Source of the DNA: Planktothrix tepida
GTDB lineage: Bacteria; Cyanobacteriota; Cyanobacteriia; Cyanobacteriales; Microcoleaceae
Strand: one strand, 5' to 3'
Length of the DNA stretch: 64,000 nucleotides
Assembly: GCF_904830955.1 (NCBI RefSeq)
Contig: NZ_LR882970.1
The position numbers and the translations under genes were made by a program. Under the pieces are notes generated by a model, which saw only the letters and a list, made by a program, of their open reading frames with translations, made no database searches and was not told where the DNA came from. Below, in pieces: positions 1 to 10,775 of the stretch (position 1 is the stretch's first letter; every line of letters begins with the position of its first letter).

Positions 1-19
1 GTAATGTTGTTTACTTACG

Positions 20-763
20 TTATGCTTGCAATTCCACATCAACAAAAACGCCGTTATGATCGCTCATGGTTACATTGCTATCGGAAATATTTTCCCAAAA
101 GCCAACTTGGCAATAGGGTTGCAATTCATAACTGACACAGATGTGGTCAATATTATGTCGTTCTTTGGGCTTAACTTCATCAGTTAAACAAACGAGATTG
201 TTACGTTTTAGCTCCTGCGTTAATAAAGTAATTCCTTTTTGAGTTCCATACCAACGTGAACCATCTCTGGCTTGATTGAAATCTCCGACAGTTATGAGTT
301 TGCAATCAGAGTTGGTTTTCACCAGATGCTCCCAATCATTTCCATGTTGTTCAATTGATCGGTAATGTTCTTCCCAGTTTTTTGATTTTCCATCTATTCC
401 GCGATCACCGTGCCAGGTAATAATTGTCCCATAAATTAACAGGTTGTAACCTTGTAAATTGACTTTGATACAGACAGCTAGAATGGGATCAAATGTTGTG
501 AGCATTTCAGTAGGAGCCTGTATTCTTGACCAGATTGTGGTGTAAGCATTTTGCTCCAATCTTTTATCTTGATATTCAATTGATGAGAACTTGAAGTAGC
601 CCTGTTTTGATAAATCAACAGCAAGATTATTGGTTTCCGTCAAGATCCAAACATCAGCATTTATAGTTTGAATTTGATCTAATACTGCTGGTGTCTTTTT
701 CCAGCTTTTTGGTTTTGGATGCTCCAAATTCCAAGTAACGATCCTGAGTCTTTGGGTCATCAT
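20..763 (-). CDS. endonuclease/exonuclease/phosphatase (EEP) family protein
   Basis: 247-aa ORF. The N-terminus RIVTWNLEH with a later DFN..D pattern and a C-terminal SDH are typical of the EEP (DNase I-like) fold. Confidence 0.65.
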   Translation of the reverse strand: MMTQRLRIVTWNLEHPKPKSWKKTPAVLDQIQTINADVWILTETNNLAVDLSKQGYFKFSSIEYQDKRLEQNAYTTIWSRIQAPTEMLTTFDPILAVCIKVNLQGYNLLIYGTIITWHGDRGIDGKSKNWEEHYRSIEQHGNDWEHLVKTNSDCKLITVGDFNQARDGSRWYGTQKGITLLTQELKRNNLVCLTDEVKPKERHNIDHICVSYELQPYCQVGFWENISDSNVTMSDHNGVFVDVELQA

Positions 764-929
764 ATAGCAATCCTATTTGAAAATATAATTAACGATAAAA
801 GGCAAGTATAAATCTTGACAACCGTAGTTTTTCGGGTCAAACAGGATTCCAAAAGGAACAATACAGCAATTCTATCGACTTTAGGTTATATAAGGATGAA
901 TCCAAATCTCAAGAACAAATAAGGATGTT

Positions 930-1583
930 GTGTTTATGTTCAGTTCTCAATTTTCGCGTTCAGGATTGTCAATTTTCCTAGCATTCGGTTTAACAACGGC
1001 GGTGGCTATACCTTTACTGCCCGGAATTCCAGCCACGGCTCAATCCTTTCCCAATACCTTACAACGGGATAGAATCTTAGCAGGAACTGTAATTTCAGTA
1101 GAGTATCCAGAAGCTGAAAAAATTGTGGTGATGCCGAATGAAACCGTTCCTTTAACGATGACGGTAGCACAAAATGTTGTGACCAGCCAAGGACGGGTCT
1201 GGATTCCCGCAGGTGCTGAAATTGTCGGACAATTAAAACCCGCTTCCGGGGGATCTCAATTTGTGGCTAATGAAGTTATTATTAGTGCCAGCCAAAGGTT
1301 CCGTTTAGATGCTAATTCTCAAGTTGTGACTCGCACTGAAACCATTCGCAAAGGAGCTTCAGCCCGGTCTATTCTAGGGGGAGCAGCTATTGGAGCAGCC
1401 GCAGCGACGGCGATTAGTGCCGTTGTGGGGGATAATGCGATCGCTACTGAAGAAGTGTTAGGCGGTGCGGGACTCGGTGCCATTACCGGAGTATTCGTTG
1501 GACGTCGGAAAGTTGATGTTGTGGTGGTTCGTCCCAGTGAAGACCTGAATTTAACCTTACAATCGGATATTCTTTTCCGGTAA
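930..1583 (+). CDS. hypothetical secreted/membrane protein with C-terminal glycine-zipper segment
   Basis: Hydrophobic N-terminal signal-like segment. The C-terminal Gly/Ala-rich stretch GGAAIGAAAATAISAVVG..GGAGLGAITGVFVG resembles a glycine-zipper TM motif. Confidence 0.45.
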   Translation: MFMFSSQFSRSGLSIFLAFGLTTAVAIPLLPGIPATAQSFPNTLQRDRILAGTVISVEYPEAEKIVVMPNETVPLTMTVAQNVVTSQGRVWIPAGAEIVGQLKPASGGSQFVANEVIISASQRFRLDANSQVVTRTETIRKGASARSILGGAAIGAAAATAISAVVGDNAIATEEVLGGAGLGAITGVFVGRRKVDVVVVRPSEDLNLTLQSDILFR

Positions 1584-1608
1584 ATTATAAATTCAATCCT
1601 AGAAATTA

Positions 1609-2715
1609 ATGAGGATATCAAACGCTAAAAAATACGGGGTCGCATTCTTCCTGACTTTGGGGTTAATGGTCTTAGTCAGTTGTTGGAGTCCGAATGTCAC
1701 ACAAACGGCTGAGTCTTCTCTGCAACACGCTCAGACCCTGGCGGAAGGGATGACCCAACAACTGATTACCCAAACGCCTCAAACCCCCCGTTTTGGTCAA
1801 CCCATTGATTGCCAACTGGGTGAAGATTGCTTTATTTTGTTATACCCAGATCGAGATCCTAGTCCCAATGCCGTTGATTTTGGCTGTGGACGGCAAACCT
1901 ATGATGGTCATCAAGGCACGGATTTTGCCATACCAGACGAACAAGCCATGGCCAGAGGGGTTCCGGTGGTGGCGTCGGCGGCGGGGACGGTGTTACGAGT
2001 CCGGGATGGGGTGGTTGACAAACGCATTGCACAGGAAGCGGATAAAACCGCCGTAGAAGGCACAGAATGTGGCAATGGGGTTGTTATTGACCATCGCTCT
2101 GTGCCCAATGGTGCGGGGTGGGAAACTCAATATTGTCATTTGCGACAGGGAAGCCTGCGGGTTAAACCGGGGGATACCGTTGAGAAAGGGACAATTTTAG
2201 GATCAGTTGGCGCTTCTGGGTTAGCATCCTTTCCCCATGTTCATCTCACCATTCGTTATAACGGGGAAGTGATTGATCCCTTTGTGGGGCCAGGAGCAAC
2301 GGCGGGATGTAACGTCAGTCGTAACCCCATTTGGGAACAATCTTTAGCTTATATTCCAACGGGGTTAATTCGGGCTGGATTTTCGACCCAACCTCCGACA
2401 ATGGATGAATTATGGCAGGGTAAATTTAACGAAACTATTTTACCCCAAGATAGTCCAGCATTGTTATTTTGGGTACAGGTTTATGGGGTATTAACAGGAG
2501 ATAAAATGATTTTTAATCTTTATGATTCCCAGGGAATAAAAGTTGTTAATAATGAAAGTTTTGTGAATGAATCGAGTAAAACTTGGATTGGTTATGTGGG
2601 GAAAAAAAATAATCCTCAATCCCCTTTAACCCCCGGAACTTGGAAGGCTGAATATCAATTAATCAGAGGCGATCGCACTTTAGTTAAAGTTCAACGACAA
2701 CTGCAATTGGAATAG
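1609..2715 (+). CDS. M23 family metallopeptidase (LytM-like)
   Basis: N-terminal signal/TM segment. H-x-G-x-D motif (GHQGTDFAI) and a downstream HxH (PHVHLTIRYNGEVIDP) are characteristic of peptidase M23. Confidence 0.75.
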   Translation: MRISNAKKYGVAFFLTLGLMVLVSCWSPNVTQTAESSLQHAQTLAEGMTQQLITQTPQTPRFGQPIDCQLGEDCFILLYPDRDPSPNAVDFGCGRQTYDGHQGTDFAIPDEQAMARGVPVVASAAGTVLRVRDGVVDKRIAQEADKTAVEGTECGNGVVIDHRSVPNGAGWETQYCHLRQGSLRVKPGDTVEKGTILGSVGASGLASFPHVHLTIRYNGEVIDPFVGPGATAGCNVSRNPIWEQSLAYIPTGLIRAGFSTQPPTMDELWQGKFNETILPQDSPALLFWVQVYGVLTGDKMIFNLYDSQGIKVVNNESFVNESSKTWIGYVGKKNNPQSPLTPGTWKAEYQLIRGDRTLVKVQRQLQLE

Positions 2716-2800
2716 GGAATTACGAATTATGAATTTGAACTTGGGAAAGGCGGATTTAGGGGGATCTGCAAATCGACTATTATCGAGAATTTTCGGCGGA

Positions 2801-4420
2801 TTACCAATCAGGACGATCAACCGTATTTCCCTCATCCCAATCTTCTATATAACGCTTTAATAAAGGTTCTGGATTCACTTCCATCTCCAATTCTTCCTCT
2901 TCTGCTTCTGGCGTTAAATTCAGGGGTTCAATAATTTTAGCAAAGGCATCTTGAACAAATTGTTTTACAAATTCATCCCGGCGAGTTAACTGAAATTGTC
3001 GTTGTACTACTTCGGTCATTCCTCCATCTCCCCAATCTTGATCATGACGGAAATATTCAATAAAACTTTTACCAGCAATCCGCGTTAAATAAGCGGCACT
3101 CACCGCTTGAATAGCACGTCCGACTACCAAGGTTGCAATATTTAATTGTAACGCCGTTGAGACTAACTGAATCACTCCTTTCACCACTCCTAAACTGCCT
3201 AAAGTTTTGGCTAAAGATAATGCTAATTCTCGACCCCGATCTATATTTAATTCACAGCCATATATTTTACCAATTTCTATCACCATTTGGGTATTGACTG
3301 CTGCTGTTGCAATTAAATCAATTACAGGTAAAGGCGTTACAGCAATGACTCCTGCACCAATCCATTGAAATCGCTCCACAATTTTTTCAGCTTCCCGTTT
3401 TCTTTGGCTATCAATTAATCGTCGTGCTTCTTCTCCTAATCGCTGAGATTGTAGTAAAATATTATCAGCAATTAATTCTTCTCCTTCTGCTCTTAAAATC
3501 ATTGCCATTCGTCGAATTAAGGGCATAATATCTGGTTCTGGTTGTATCATTTCTTCCGTTTCTAATTGAATTGATTGCGGATTTGCAGCTACAGCAATAA
3601 CATCACTGGGATCTAAAAACGTCTTGACTCGCTCTCGAAGTTTAGCTAAAATCAGGGTTTTATCGCTTTCAGGATATAAATCAGTTTTATTTAAAAGAAT
3701 CAGCGATCGCTTGCCAATTTCAACTAATGCTTGTAAGGAATGATATTCTGATTGTCTTAAATCATTATCCACAACAAAGATTAATAAATTAGCATCCGTT
3801 GCTAACGAACGTGCTAATGTTCCTCGTTCAGAACCCCCCATTCCCGCTTCTAAAATTCCAGGGGTATCTGTAATTAAAATTTCCCGTTCAATTTCTTCTA
3901 ATTGTAAATGATAGGTTTCTCCAACTTCTGTGGTTCCCATGGGTGCGTTAACTTTTCCCACCATTCGACCCATTAAAGCATTCACTAAAGAAGTTTTTCC
4001 CGCCGAACCTGTTCCAAATACGACCACTTGAATATTCCCTTTCGCTAATTCGGAAGCGATATCTTGAGAACGACTTAATAACGCTTGTTTGGCAACTTCA
4101 TCTTGAATTTGAGTCACCTGTTGTCTTAACGATTTAAGAGATTCTTCCGCCGCTTCGGTTTTATCTAAAGGAATTTTTAAAGGTCGCCGTTTTTTGGTAG
4201 ATTTTCCTGATTTTTGGAATAATCGAGTATAATAAAAAAAGGCAAAAATAGCCAATCCTAATAATACAATTAATAATAAGAGCAGCAAATTGGCTAAAAT
4301 CGGATTCGCTGACCAAATTACCTGAGTATAAAGAGCCGATAGGGAACTAATCAGCCAAATCATTAACCCTAAAATCAAGCAAATCCCAAAAATTAACAGT
4401 AAATAGCGAGAAATAGGCAT
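2801..4420 (-). CDS. GTP-binding protein with C-terminal DUF697-type membrane-associated domain (YcjF-like)
   Basis: Walker A GTGSAGKTSLVNALMG with a DTPG switch motif and an NKTD G4 motif. N-terminal TM helices and basic stretch. Confidence 0.7.
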   Translation of the reverse strand: MPISRYLLLIFGICLILGLMIWLISSLSALYTQVIWSANPILANLLLLLLIVLLGLAIFAFFYYTRLFQKSGKSTKKRRPLKIPLDKTEAAEESLKSLRQQVTQIQDEVAKQALLSRSQDIASELAKGNIQVVVFGTGSAGKTSLVNALMGRMVGKVNAPMGTTEVGETYHLQLEEIEREILITDTPGILEAGMGGSERGTLARSLATDANLLIFVVDNDLRQSEYHSLQALVEIGKRSLILLNKTDLYPESDKTLILAKLRERVKTFLDPSDVIAVAANPQSIQLETEEMIQPEPDIMPLIRRMAMILRAEGEELIADNILLQSQRLGEEARRLIDSQRKREAEKIVERFQWIGAGVIAVTPLPVIDLIATAAVNTQMVIEIGKIYGCELNIDRGRELALSLAKTLGSLGVVKGVIQLVSTALQLNIATLVVGRAIQAVSAAYLTRIAGKSFIEYFRHDQDWGDGGMTEVVQRQFQLTRRDEFVKQFVQDAFAKIIEPLNLTPEAEEEELEMEVNPEPLLKRYIEDWDEGNTVDRPDW

Positions 4421-4539
4421 ACTGCGATCACTTTAACCTCAAATGAACTAATTTTATAGATGCCTTTCTATAGTAACTAACTCAGGAGATAAATTCATCC
4501 CCCCTAAGTTCCCCTACCTCCTCACATTCTGAGATTAAT

Positions 4540-5607
4540 CTAAAGTTTACAAGTATCAACTCGTGCAAAAAATAAAGTTCTTGCTTTAATTTCTTGAGAA
4601 GACAAGGGAAGCGCATTGGGAGAAAAAAGCTGATAATTGGATTCCATTTTCATTCCTTTCTCAAGTTGATTTAGACGAGGAAGATGGCCTTCTGGTGCTT
4701 CTAAAGAAAAAGTTAATTCATTATAATTTTTCCATTTCTCCTTGCCATTTTTTCCCGATTCAATCCATCGAACTAAATCCGTAAAATGAATATAAGCATT
4801 GGGATCATATCGGTTTAAAGCATCCTCCTTTAATTGATTTTCGGTTTCCACGAAAATTCGCTTTTGAACACTAAATCCAAATAACCCTCCTGAGTATTTT
4901 TTCCATAACTGATCAATCGTTCTTAAATAGGAACAAGACATTTTTTGAATAGCATCTTCATCCAAATAACCAACACTTTCTCGATTCGTAATTTTCAGTA
5001 AAACCTGATTTGTTTTTTGATCGGCGGCTTTCCACTTTTTCTGCTCTAGGAGTTTTTCTAACTCTTGAATATATTTAGGTTTCCTCACACAATTTTGTTC
5101 TTCATTGAGTAGATTAATTTCAATTTGTGCTAATTGATTTTCAGGAGTGACAACTTCAATAGACCCAAACCCATCACTAATAATTTGATTGATTCGCTGT
5201 TTAAATAAATTAAATTCTGTATCTTGAGCAGAATTTTGTTGACCAATCACCTCAACAGGAGGTAAAACTTGTACACGATCTCCTTCAGAAATAGCAGATT
5301 CACAAATAGAATTTGGCAAAACATGAATGATTAATGTATTGGGATTTACACTAATATTAAGCTTTTCAATATATCCTCTATATTGTTTGTTTTGTTCTGA
5401 TATATCATTAGATAACCCCAATAATTGTTGATAGAAATTCAGGATATTAGGATCAGCATTCAGATGGCTTAATAAATCAATCTGAGTCAAAGTTCCATAA
5501 ACCGTGATCAGTGATCCAGTAAAAAATCCGATAATAAAAGTAGGAAATTGATCTATTACTTTTCCAACCCAGGTATCGGTTCTGGAAGGCGATCGAGAAT
5601 TTTTCAT
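4540..5607 (-). CDS. GUN4 domain-containing protein (N-terminal TM)
   Basis: The C-terminal segment LWKKYSGGLFGFSVQKRIF matches the GUN4 signature (W..S.G.FGFSVQ). N-terminal hydrophobic helix. Confidence 0.5.
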   Translation of the reverse strand: MKNSRSPSRTDTWVGKVIDQFPTFIIGFFTGSLITVYGTLTQIDLLSHLNADPNILNFYQQLLGLSNDISEQNKQYRGYIEKLNISVNPNTLIIHVLPNSICESAISEGDRVQVLPPVEVIGQQNSAQDTEFNLFKQRINQIISDGFGSIEVVTPENQLAQIEINLLNEEQNCVRKPKYIQELEKLLEQKKWKAADQKTNQVLLKITNRESVGYLDEDAIQKMSCSYLRTIDQLWKKYSGGLFGFSVQKRIFVETENQLKEDALNRYDPNAYIHFTDLVRWIESGKNGKEKWKNYNELTFSLEAPEGHLPRLNQLEKGMKMESNYQLFSPNALPLSSQEIKARTLFFARVDTCKL

Positions 5608-6255
5608 GTTAAACGGGGGTAGATGCGATATCCATTACCGTCAGGAATAAAAGCCAAACAACTGAAATTCAAAAAAAGGATAATAAACCGATGAAATTTT
5701 GGGGAAATTACAAAACCTAAATTTTGTAGAAGCTCAAATCTAAAAGAGATAATGCTTCCAAAAATTTACAGTCTGATTTCCTGATCTGATAGTTTTAGAT
5801 GAGATTGGTTTAAAAATCGTTTTCTTACACTTATTTGGCTGTCTTAGGTTTGATTTCCTGAATTGTCTCACCTCCTTACACCCAATGAGTAGCAGTTCTG
5901 CAATCAAGATAGCCTTGAAAAACTGACCCTGCTAGGAGTCAATTCTAGCATCATATCCTCGAAAATAAACGGTTTTATAGCTATATAAACTCATCAATTT
6001 CACGATTAAAAGTTGTTAAAATTACAAAGATTGATCCTTTGATTCTTATTCTTCAACAGTATGAATAATCTGAAATAACCATGAGGATTATCCTCAACCC
6101 AAATCTGATTTTTGATCAGAGTTTTTTATTTGCGGTATGTTTTTATACAGAGGGTTTGATTGGGGAATTCTATCGATTGAATATGAATCTTTAATGTTTT
6201 TCAGAAATTATGTCTTTAAAACCTTATTAATCTGGATTTAGGGCTAAAGCCCTCA

Positions 6256-6840
6256 CTACGAAGCTTGAAGAATTTGAGCAATCATTGATACTTTTTGGTC
6301 GTAGTCTTTTTGAGTTAAAACAGGAACTTTATTGTCTAATGAAATCGGTTGCTGTAAATCAATCCAAGAACGACATCCGCCATAACTAGGATGATAAGGA
6401 ATTTCATGAACTTGAGAAAGTTTATAGGTTCTCAATAATAGAATATAAAGAGGCTGTTGAGGTTTAAATTGGATGCGATCGCGCACAAAGGTTTCATTCC
6501 AAATATGAAACTTGATTAATGAATGAATCAAAGACTCATCTTGAGAATTATTCCATGATAAAATATGAGTAATTTCTGCAAAACTACTAATTTTAACGGT
6601 TTCAGGATGCCAACCCGAAGAAACAGATTTTACAAGATGAGCATATTCAGGTTTTAATAAAGTGGGTTTTTGATGTTCAAAGGTGGGATAGAGCAGAATT
6701 TTGTTCTGATCAACCTTGAATTTCCCGTTGTGTTCCCGAATTCCTCCTTTTCTCAATAACATAATTGTTTCACCTTGTTCTAAGGCTTGAATGGTAATAT
6801 TCCATTCTTTAAGAGCATGATTTGTTACAGTTTTCATCAT
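6256..6840 (-). CDS. conserved hypothetical protein (DUF1802-like)
   Basis: The N-terminus ALKEWNITIQALEQGETIMLLRKGGIRE resembles the DUF1802 family start. No catalytic motif recognised. Confidence 0.4.
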   Translation of the reverse strand: MMKTVTNHALKEWNITIQALEQGETIMLLRKGGIREHNGKFKVDQNKILLYPTFEHQKPTLLKPEYAHLVKSVSSGWHPETVKISSFAEITHILSWNNSQDESLIHSLIKFHIWNETFVRDRIQFKPQQPLYILLLRTYKLSQVHEIPYHPSYGGCRSWIDLQQPISLDNKVPVLTQKDYDQKVSMIAQILQAS

Positions 6841-6907
6841 TATAATTATAGATGCTGATTTTCTATTATATTATATATAATAATAACCTGAAACTAGGAA
6901 ACTCAAT

Positions 6908-7870
6908 ATGGAAAAACGAACTCTAGGTCAATCTGATATTCTAATTACTCCCCTTTTAATCGGAACTTGGCAAGCCGGAAAACGAATGTGGGTAGGAATT
7001 GAAGATGCAGAAACCATTAAAGCAATTCGTGCTGGTTTTGAGGCGGGAATTACAACCATTGATACAGCAGAAGTCTATGGAGAAGGGCACTCGGAACAAA
7101 TTGTAGCCCAAGCTTTATCTGATGTCCGAGATCAAGTCGTTTATGCAAGTAAAGTATTTGCTAATCATTTGAAATATGATCAAGTGATTGCAGCTTGTGA
7201 ACAATCTTTAAAAAATCTGAATACCGATTATATTGATTTATATCAAATACACTGGCCATCAGGCTCTTTCAATTCAGAAATAGTCCCGATTGAAGAAACA
7301 ATGAAAGCCTTAAATCACTTAAAAGAACAAGGAAAAATTCGAGGGATTGGGGTTTCTAATTTTTCCCGAACACAATTGGAAGAAGCCAGCCAATATGGAA
7401 GAATTGAAAGTTTACAGCCACCCTATTCTTTATTCTGGCGAAAGGTCGAACAAGATGCCATGTCTTATTGTATTGAACAGAAGATTTCAATTTTAGCTTA
7501 TTCTCCCCTAGCTCAAGGATTATTAACGGGAAAATTCGGCCCCAATCATCAATTTGCGGAAGGAGATCATCGATCTAAAAATAAATTATTTGCGAATAAA
7601 GACCATTATCAACGGGTACAAAATGCCTTAGAACAATTGCGACCCATTGCAGAACGTTATCAATGTACATTAGGGCAATTAGCGATCGCTTGGTTAATTT
7701 CCCAACCCCAAACTCATGCAATTGTCGGGTTTAGAAATGCAGAACAAGCTGAACAAAATACTCATGCTGGTACTATTAAAATCACCCCCGAAGATTTAGC
7801 AAAAATCGACAAAATTGGGCGGACTGTTACAGATCATTTAGATGATAATCCGGTGATGTGGGATTTTTAG
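6908..7870 (+). CDS. aldo/keto reductase family oxidoreductase
   Basis: GTWQ.. start, IDTAEVYG, YQIHWP and GVSNF motifs typical of the AKR superfamily. Clean divergent arrangement with the upstream gene. Confidence 0.85.
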   Translation: MEKRTLGQSDILITPLLIGTWQAGKRMWVGIEDAETIKAIRAGFEAGITTIDTAEVYGEGHSEQIVAQALSDVRDQVVYASKVFANHLKYDQVIAACEQSLKNLNTDYIDLYQIHWPSGSFNSEIVPIEETMKALNHLKEQGKIRGIGVSNFSRTQLEEASQYGRIESLQPPYSLFWRKVEQDAMSYCIEQKISILAYSPLAQGLLTGKFGPNHQFAEGDHRSKNKLFANKDHYQRVQNALEQLRPIAERYQCTLGQLAIAWLISQPQTHAIVGFRNAEQAEQNTHAGTIKITPEDLAKIDKIGRTVTDHLDDNPVMWDF

Positions 7871-7956
7871 AAACAGGAATTAATAGGAAAATATTGATTT
7901 TCCTAACTCTTAATCCATCAATTCCCCCCTTTTTTAGGGGGGTTTGGGAGATATTT

Positions 7957-9630
7957 TTAAAACGGGGCTGGAATTAATTGTAATGGCCCTAAACCTAACT
8001 CTTGAGAAGGAATAGAACGAACTTCTAACAATGCCATCATATCTTTAAATTGAGGTTGACCCCGTGAAGCTCCGGTTAATCCCATCGCAATAATTAAACC
8101 ACACCAACCTTTGGTTTTTTTACACCGTTGTTCCCATTTTTTGCGCGCTTCTTGATGAACGGGATCATCTTCGATAAACTCTCCAAATAAATGTAAATCT
8201 CCATCTTCGGTTTTCAAAATTCCTAAATCATAATTGCGTCCCGCCATGGGGTCTTCACCCGGATTAAAACAAATACCTTCGAGTCCTCCCGCTTCTTGTA
8301 AACTGCGAATCAACAGTTCTGCTTTGGGTTTAGAGGTTTGAATAACAACCACTGGTAAACCATCTCCAATTTCAGGAATTTCCCCCTCGGCGGCTTGATG
8401 AAATTGGGTATTACTTCGTAAATATTTGGCAGTTTCCCAAGGAACAACACCTAAACTTAAGAACGATTTAGGAGGAACTAAATCATCGCGTAACCGAGGA
8501 ACTTCTACCTCTAGTTCTTCTTCTTCTGATTCGTCATCAGAGGTCATTGCAGCTAATTCATCGGCAATATCAGGTAAGGTTTCCACCTTCACCGATACCT
8601 GTTTTTTCTCCCCATCGGGTAAATTAATCGGAATCCGATACCGACGGTTAAGACTGGGGAATTGATATCGAACTAATTTTTGAGTATTATCGCGTAAAAA
8701 TCGATGTAGTGCTTCTAATGCCACTAAAACAACAGCCGCTTCTTCATCATACAAAATTGAACGTAATCCTTCTAAGGGATGAAGATTACCAAAATTCGGT
8801 TGAATTTCCGATAAAGGTAAGCTGGCGAGGTTAATAAAATCATCTTCATCTTCGTCTTCATCCAAATCATCTTCTCGATCAAAGGTGACAAATAAACAAT
8901 CTTGAGTTAAAAAAGCTTCTTCTAAATTATCATAGGATTTATTTTTCACAACTCGCTCTCGAAACCGTTTTAACGAGTCCAAAGAACGATACATTAATAC
9001 CCCATAATCCATCCCCAGTTTACCCAAGGTAGAGATATATAAGGTATCAATTCCAAAGAGATTCAATTCAATGGAAATAATTTGATGTTCTCCTAAGCGT
9101 TCCCAAGGCGCATCTTTCCAAATCTGATAAGCTTTTTCTGTAACAATTTCCGCATATTGCAGAGGGAGTTGAGGGGGGCGACTTTCCGCCACTTCTTGCA
9201 ACCCCCGAAAAATTTCATCAATTAGAGGTAAATCCGGGACATATTCAATCACAATTTCTAAATCTTGCAGAACACCCCGCAGGAAAAATTGAATTTCGCG
9301 ATCTTTAACGACTATTTTTTGAGGACGAGCGACAGGTGCGGGACTTTGGGGATGTTCCATTGCTCGTAATAACGTCCGCACAATTGCTTCTGGCCCCATA
9401 TCCGTTGGAACCATATCCATTGCTCGCACCATCCCCTGAGAACCGTCCACCCAAATAATACATTCGCCCGGTGCTTCGGAGTCTGCATCAATACTAGGAT
9501 TCGTATCCGTCGCCATGGGACGTCGATCCCCTTCCCACACACTGGGAATTTGGGGTAAATTTTGAAGCCGACGAAGGGTTGAGTGATTGAGACGTGCCAT
9601 CAAATTAATCTTCTTGTTGGGTAGTTTCAC
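7957..9630 (-). CDS. conserved hypothetical acidic protein
   Basis: 557-aa ORF with long acidic runs (DEDEDEDD, DDESEEEELE). No recognised catalytic motif. The true start may be an internal Met (MARLNH or MATDTNPS). Confidence 0.45.
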   Translation of the reverse strand: MKLPNKKINLMARLNHSTLRRLQNLPQIPSVWEGDRRPMATDTNPSIDADSEAPGECIIWVDGSQGMVRAMDMVPTDMGPEAIVRTLLRAMEHPQSPAPVARPQKIVVKDREIQFFLRGVLQDLEIVIEYVPDLPLIDEIFRGLQEVAESRPPQLPLQYAEIVTEKAYQIWKDAPWERLGEHQIISIELNLFGIDTLYISTLGKLGMDYGVLMYRSLDSLKRFRERVVKNKSYDNLEEAFLTQDCLFVTFDREDDLDEDEDEDDFINLASLPLSEIQPNFGNLHPLEGLRSILYDEEAAVVLVALEALHRFLRDNTQKLVRYQFPSLNRRYRIPINLPDGEKKQVSVKVETLPDIADELAAMTSDDESEEEELEVEVPRLRDDLVPPKSFLSLGVVPWETAKYLRSNTQFHQAAEGEIPEIGDGLPVVVIQTSKPKAELLIRSLQEAGGLEGICFNPGEDPMAGRNYDLGILKTEDGDLHLFGEFIEDDPVHQEARKKWEQRCKKTKGWCGLIIAMGLTGASRGQPQFKDMMALLEVRSIPSQELGLGPLQLIPAPF

Positions 9631-9764
9631 CAGTTATGATGATGCCGCACAACCAATGGCTGAACCTGCCATATTGTAATGCAATGCTTTCTCCATCTTA
9701 TAAGAAAAATTCCTGAAAACTCCGTCACTTTAGGCCAGGAGAGCCAAAATCTTACACCACACCC

Positions 9765-9920
9765 TTACCAAGGACTCCCAACGATTGTAAACCCTGACCA
9801 ATAGTAGGGATGGGAAAAATCTCGGTTCATGTCAGGTAACTGAATCGGAGACTTTTCATCCACTTGTATATAATATCCTTGTAACGCCTCAAGTTCAATG
9901 TTGGCTTGACCTTGAATCAT
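9765..9920 (-). pseudogene. remnant of CHAT-domain protein C-terminus
   Basis: A minus-strand 52-codon frame ends ..NRDFSHPYYWSGFTIVGSPW*, matching the characteristic C-terminal HPYYWA.F.L.G motif of CHAT (caspase-like) domain proteins. No upstream N-terminal domains are present. It sits in a 750-bp otherwise non-coding gap. Confidence 0.45.
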
Positions 9921-10384
9921 CGAAATTTGCGCCTGTCTTAAAAATTTAGGGTAGATGGTAGAGTTAATATCCCTACCGTCTTATTGTATGGGCGGCGGGT
10001 TCGGAATCGGAGAGGTTTCCTATTTTTGAAATACTTTGTTAAAGCAATGGGATAATACTATCATTTTTTTGAATAAACTCAATAATGGCATTAACGTTTT
10101 TTACAGTAAAGTTGTCTAAAAGCTTATTAATTTTTCTTTTTAATCGGCTATCTAGCAGGGCTTCAGACATATAGAAGATTTTTATAAGTGATATTTACTA
10201 TAATAACGATTCGAGAATTCAGCACAACTAATGAGGGAAAGTCTCCAAACCGATTTATCCCTAATTAGAGATCCATTACCCGGCAACGGTGGTCTGCGAT
10301 AAAATATCAGGAATACAGAAGCCGGATCAAAACACCATTATTTTTTGATCAGTTAAAACTTTACAAAAGGAGTCAGGCCAACCC

Positions 10385-10741
10385 ATGACACAAGCGACTC
10401 AAACCCCAACGCAAGGGGTTCAGATGACGGAATCAGCGATTAAGCAAGTTCAATTTCTGCGCGAAAAGCAAGGAAAAGATCTTTGTCTGCGCGTGGGAGT
10501 CCGCCAAGGCGGTTGTTCTGGAATGTCATATTTAATGGATTTTGCTGACCCTAGCACCATTCGAGAGGATGATGAAGTCTTTGATTATGAAGGGTTTCAG
10601 GTGGTTTGCGATCGCAAAAGCTTACTCTACATTTACGGCCTAGTCCTCGATTATACAGATGCTTTGATTGGGGGTGGGTTCCAGTTTACAAATCCTCAAG
10701 CCACTCAAACCTGTGGTTGTGGTAAATCCTTTGCGACCTAA
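10385..10741 (+). CDS. HesB/IscA family iron-sulfur cluster insertion protein
   Basis: GGCSGMSY and a C-terminal CGCGKSF: the three conserved cysteines of the IscA/SufA/HesB family. Good SD (AAAGGAG) upstream. Confidence 0.85.
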   Translation: MTQATQTPTQGVQMTESAIKQVQFLREKQGKDLCLRVGVRQGGCSGMSYLMDFADPSTIREDDEVFDYEGFQVVCDRKSLLYIYGLVLDYTDALIGGGFQFTNPQATQTCGCGKSFAT

Positions 10742-10748
10742 GAGTTAA

Positions 10749-10775
10749 GAAACCGGGTTTCTAGCAGTTGTTGTT
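10749..10775 (+). terminator. putative intrinsic terminator after iscA-like gene
   Basis: Palindrome GAAACCGGGTTTC followed by a T-rich stretch (TAGCAGTTGTTGTTTG). Confidence 0.35.

Noticed and set aside
1319-2108. Overlapping antisense/alternate-frame ORFs (1319-1621, 1793-2056, 1911-2108)
   Set aside because: They are embedded in the well-supported genes at 930-1583 and 1609-2715. Their compositions (Ala/Pro/Thr/Arg-rich) are typical of shadow frames in GC-richer coding DNA.
5608-6255. 650-bp AT-rich intergenic region as a possible mobile-element scar or ncRNA locus
   Set aside because: No inverted terminal repeats, no sORF with an SD, and none of the window's repeat modules. Most simply a divergent or long promoter region.
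8426-9542. ORFs 8426-8665 (+) and 9312-9542 (-) inside the 7957-9630 gene
   Set aside because: Shadow or alternate-frame ORFs of the long acidic-protein gene (Ser-rich low complexity from the GAA/GAT-rich antisense). No independent support.
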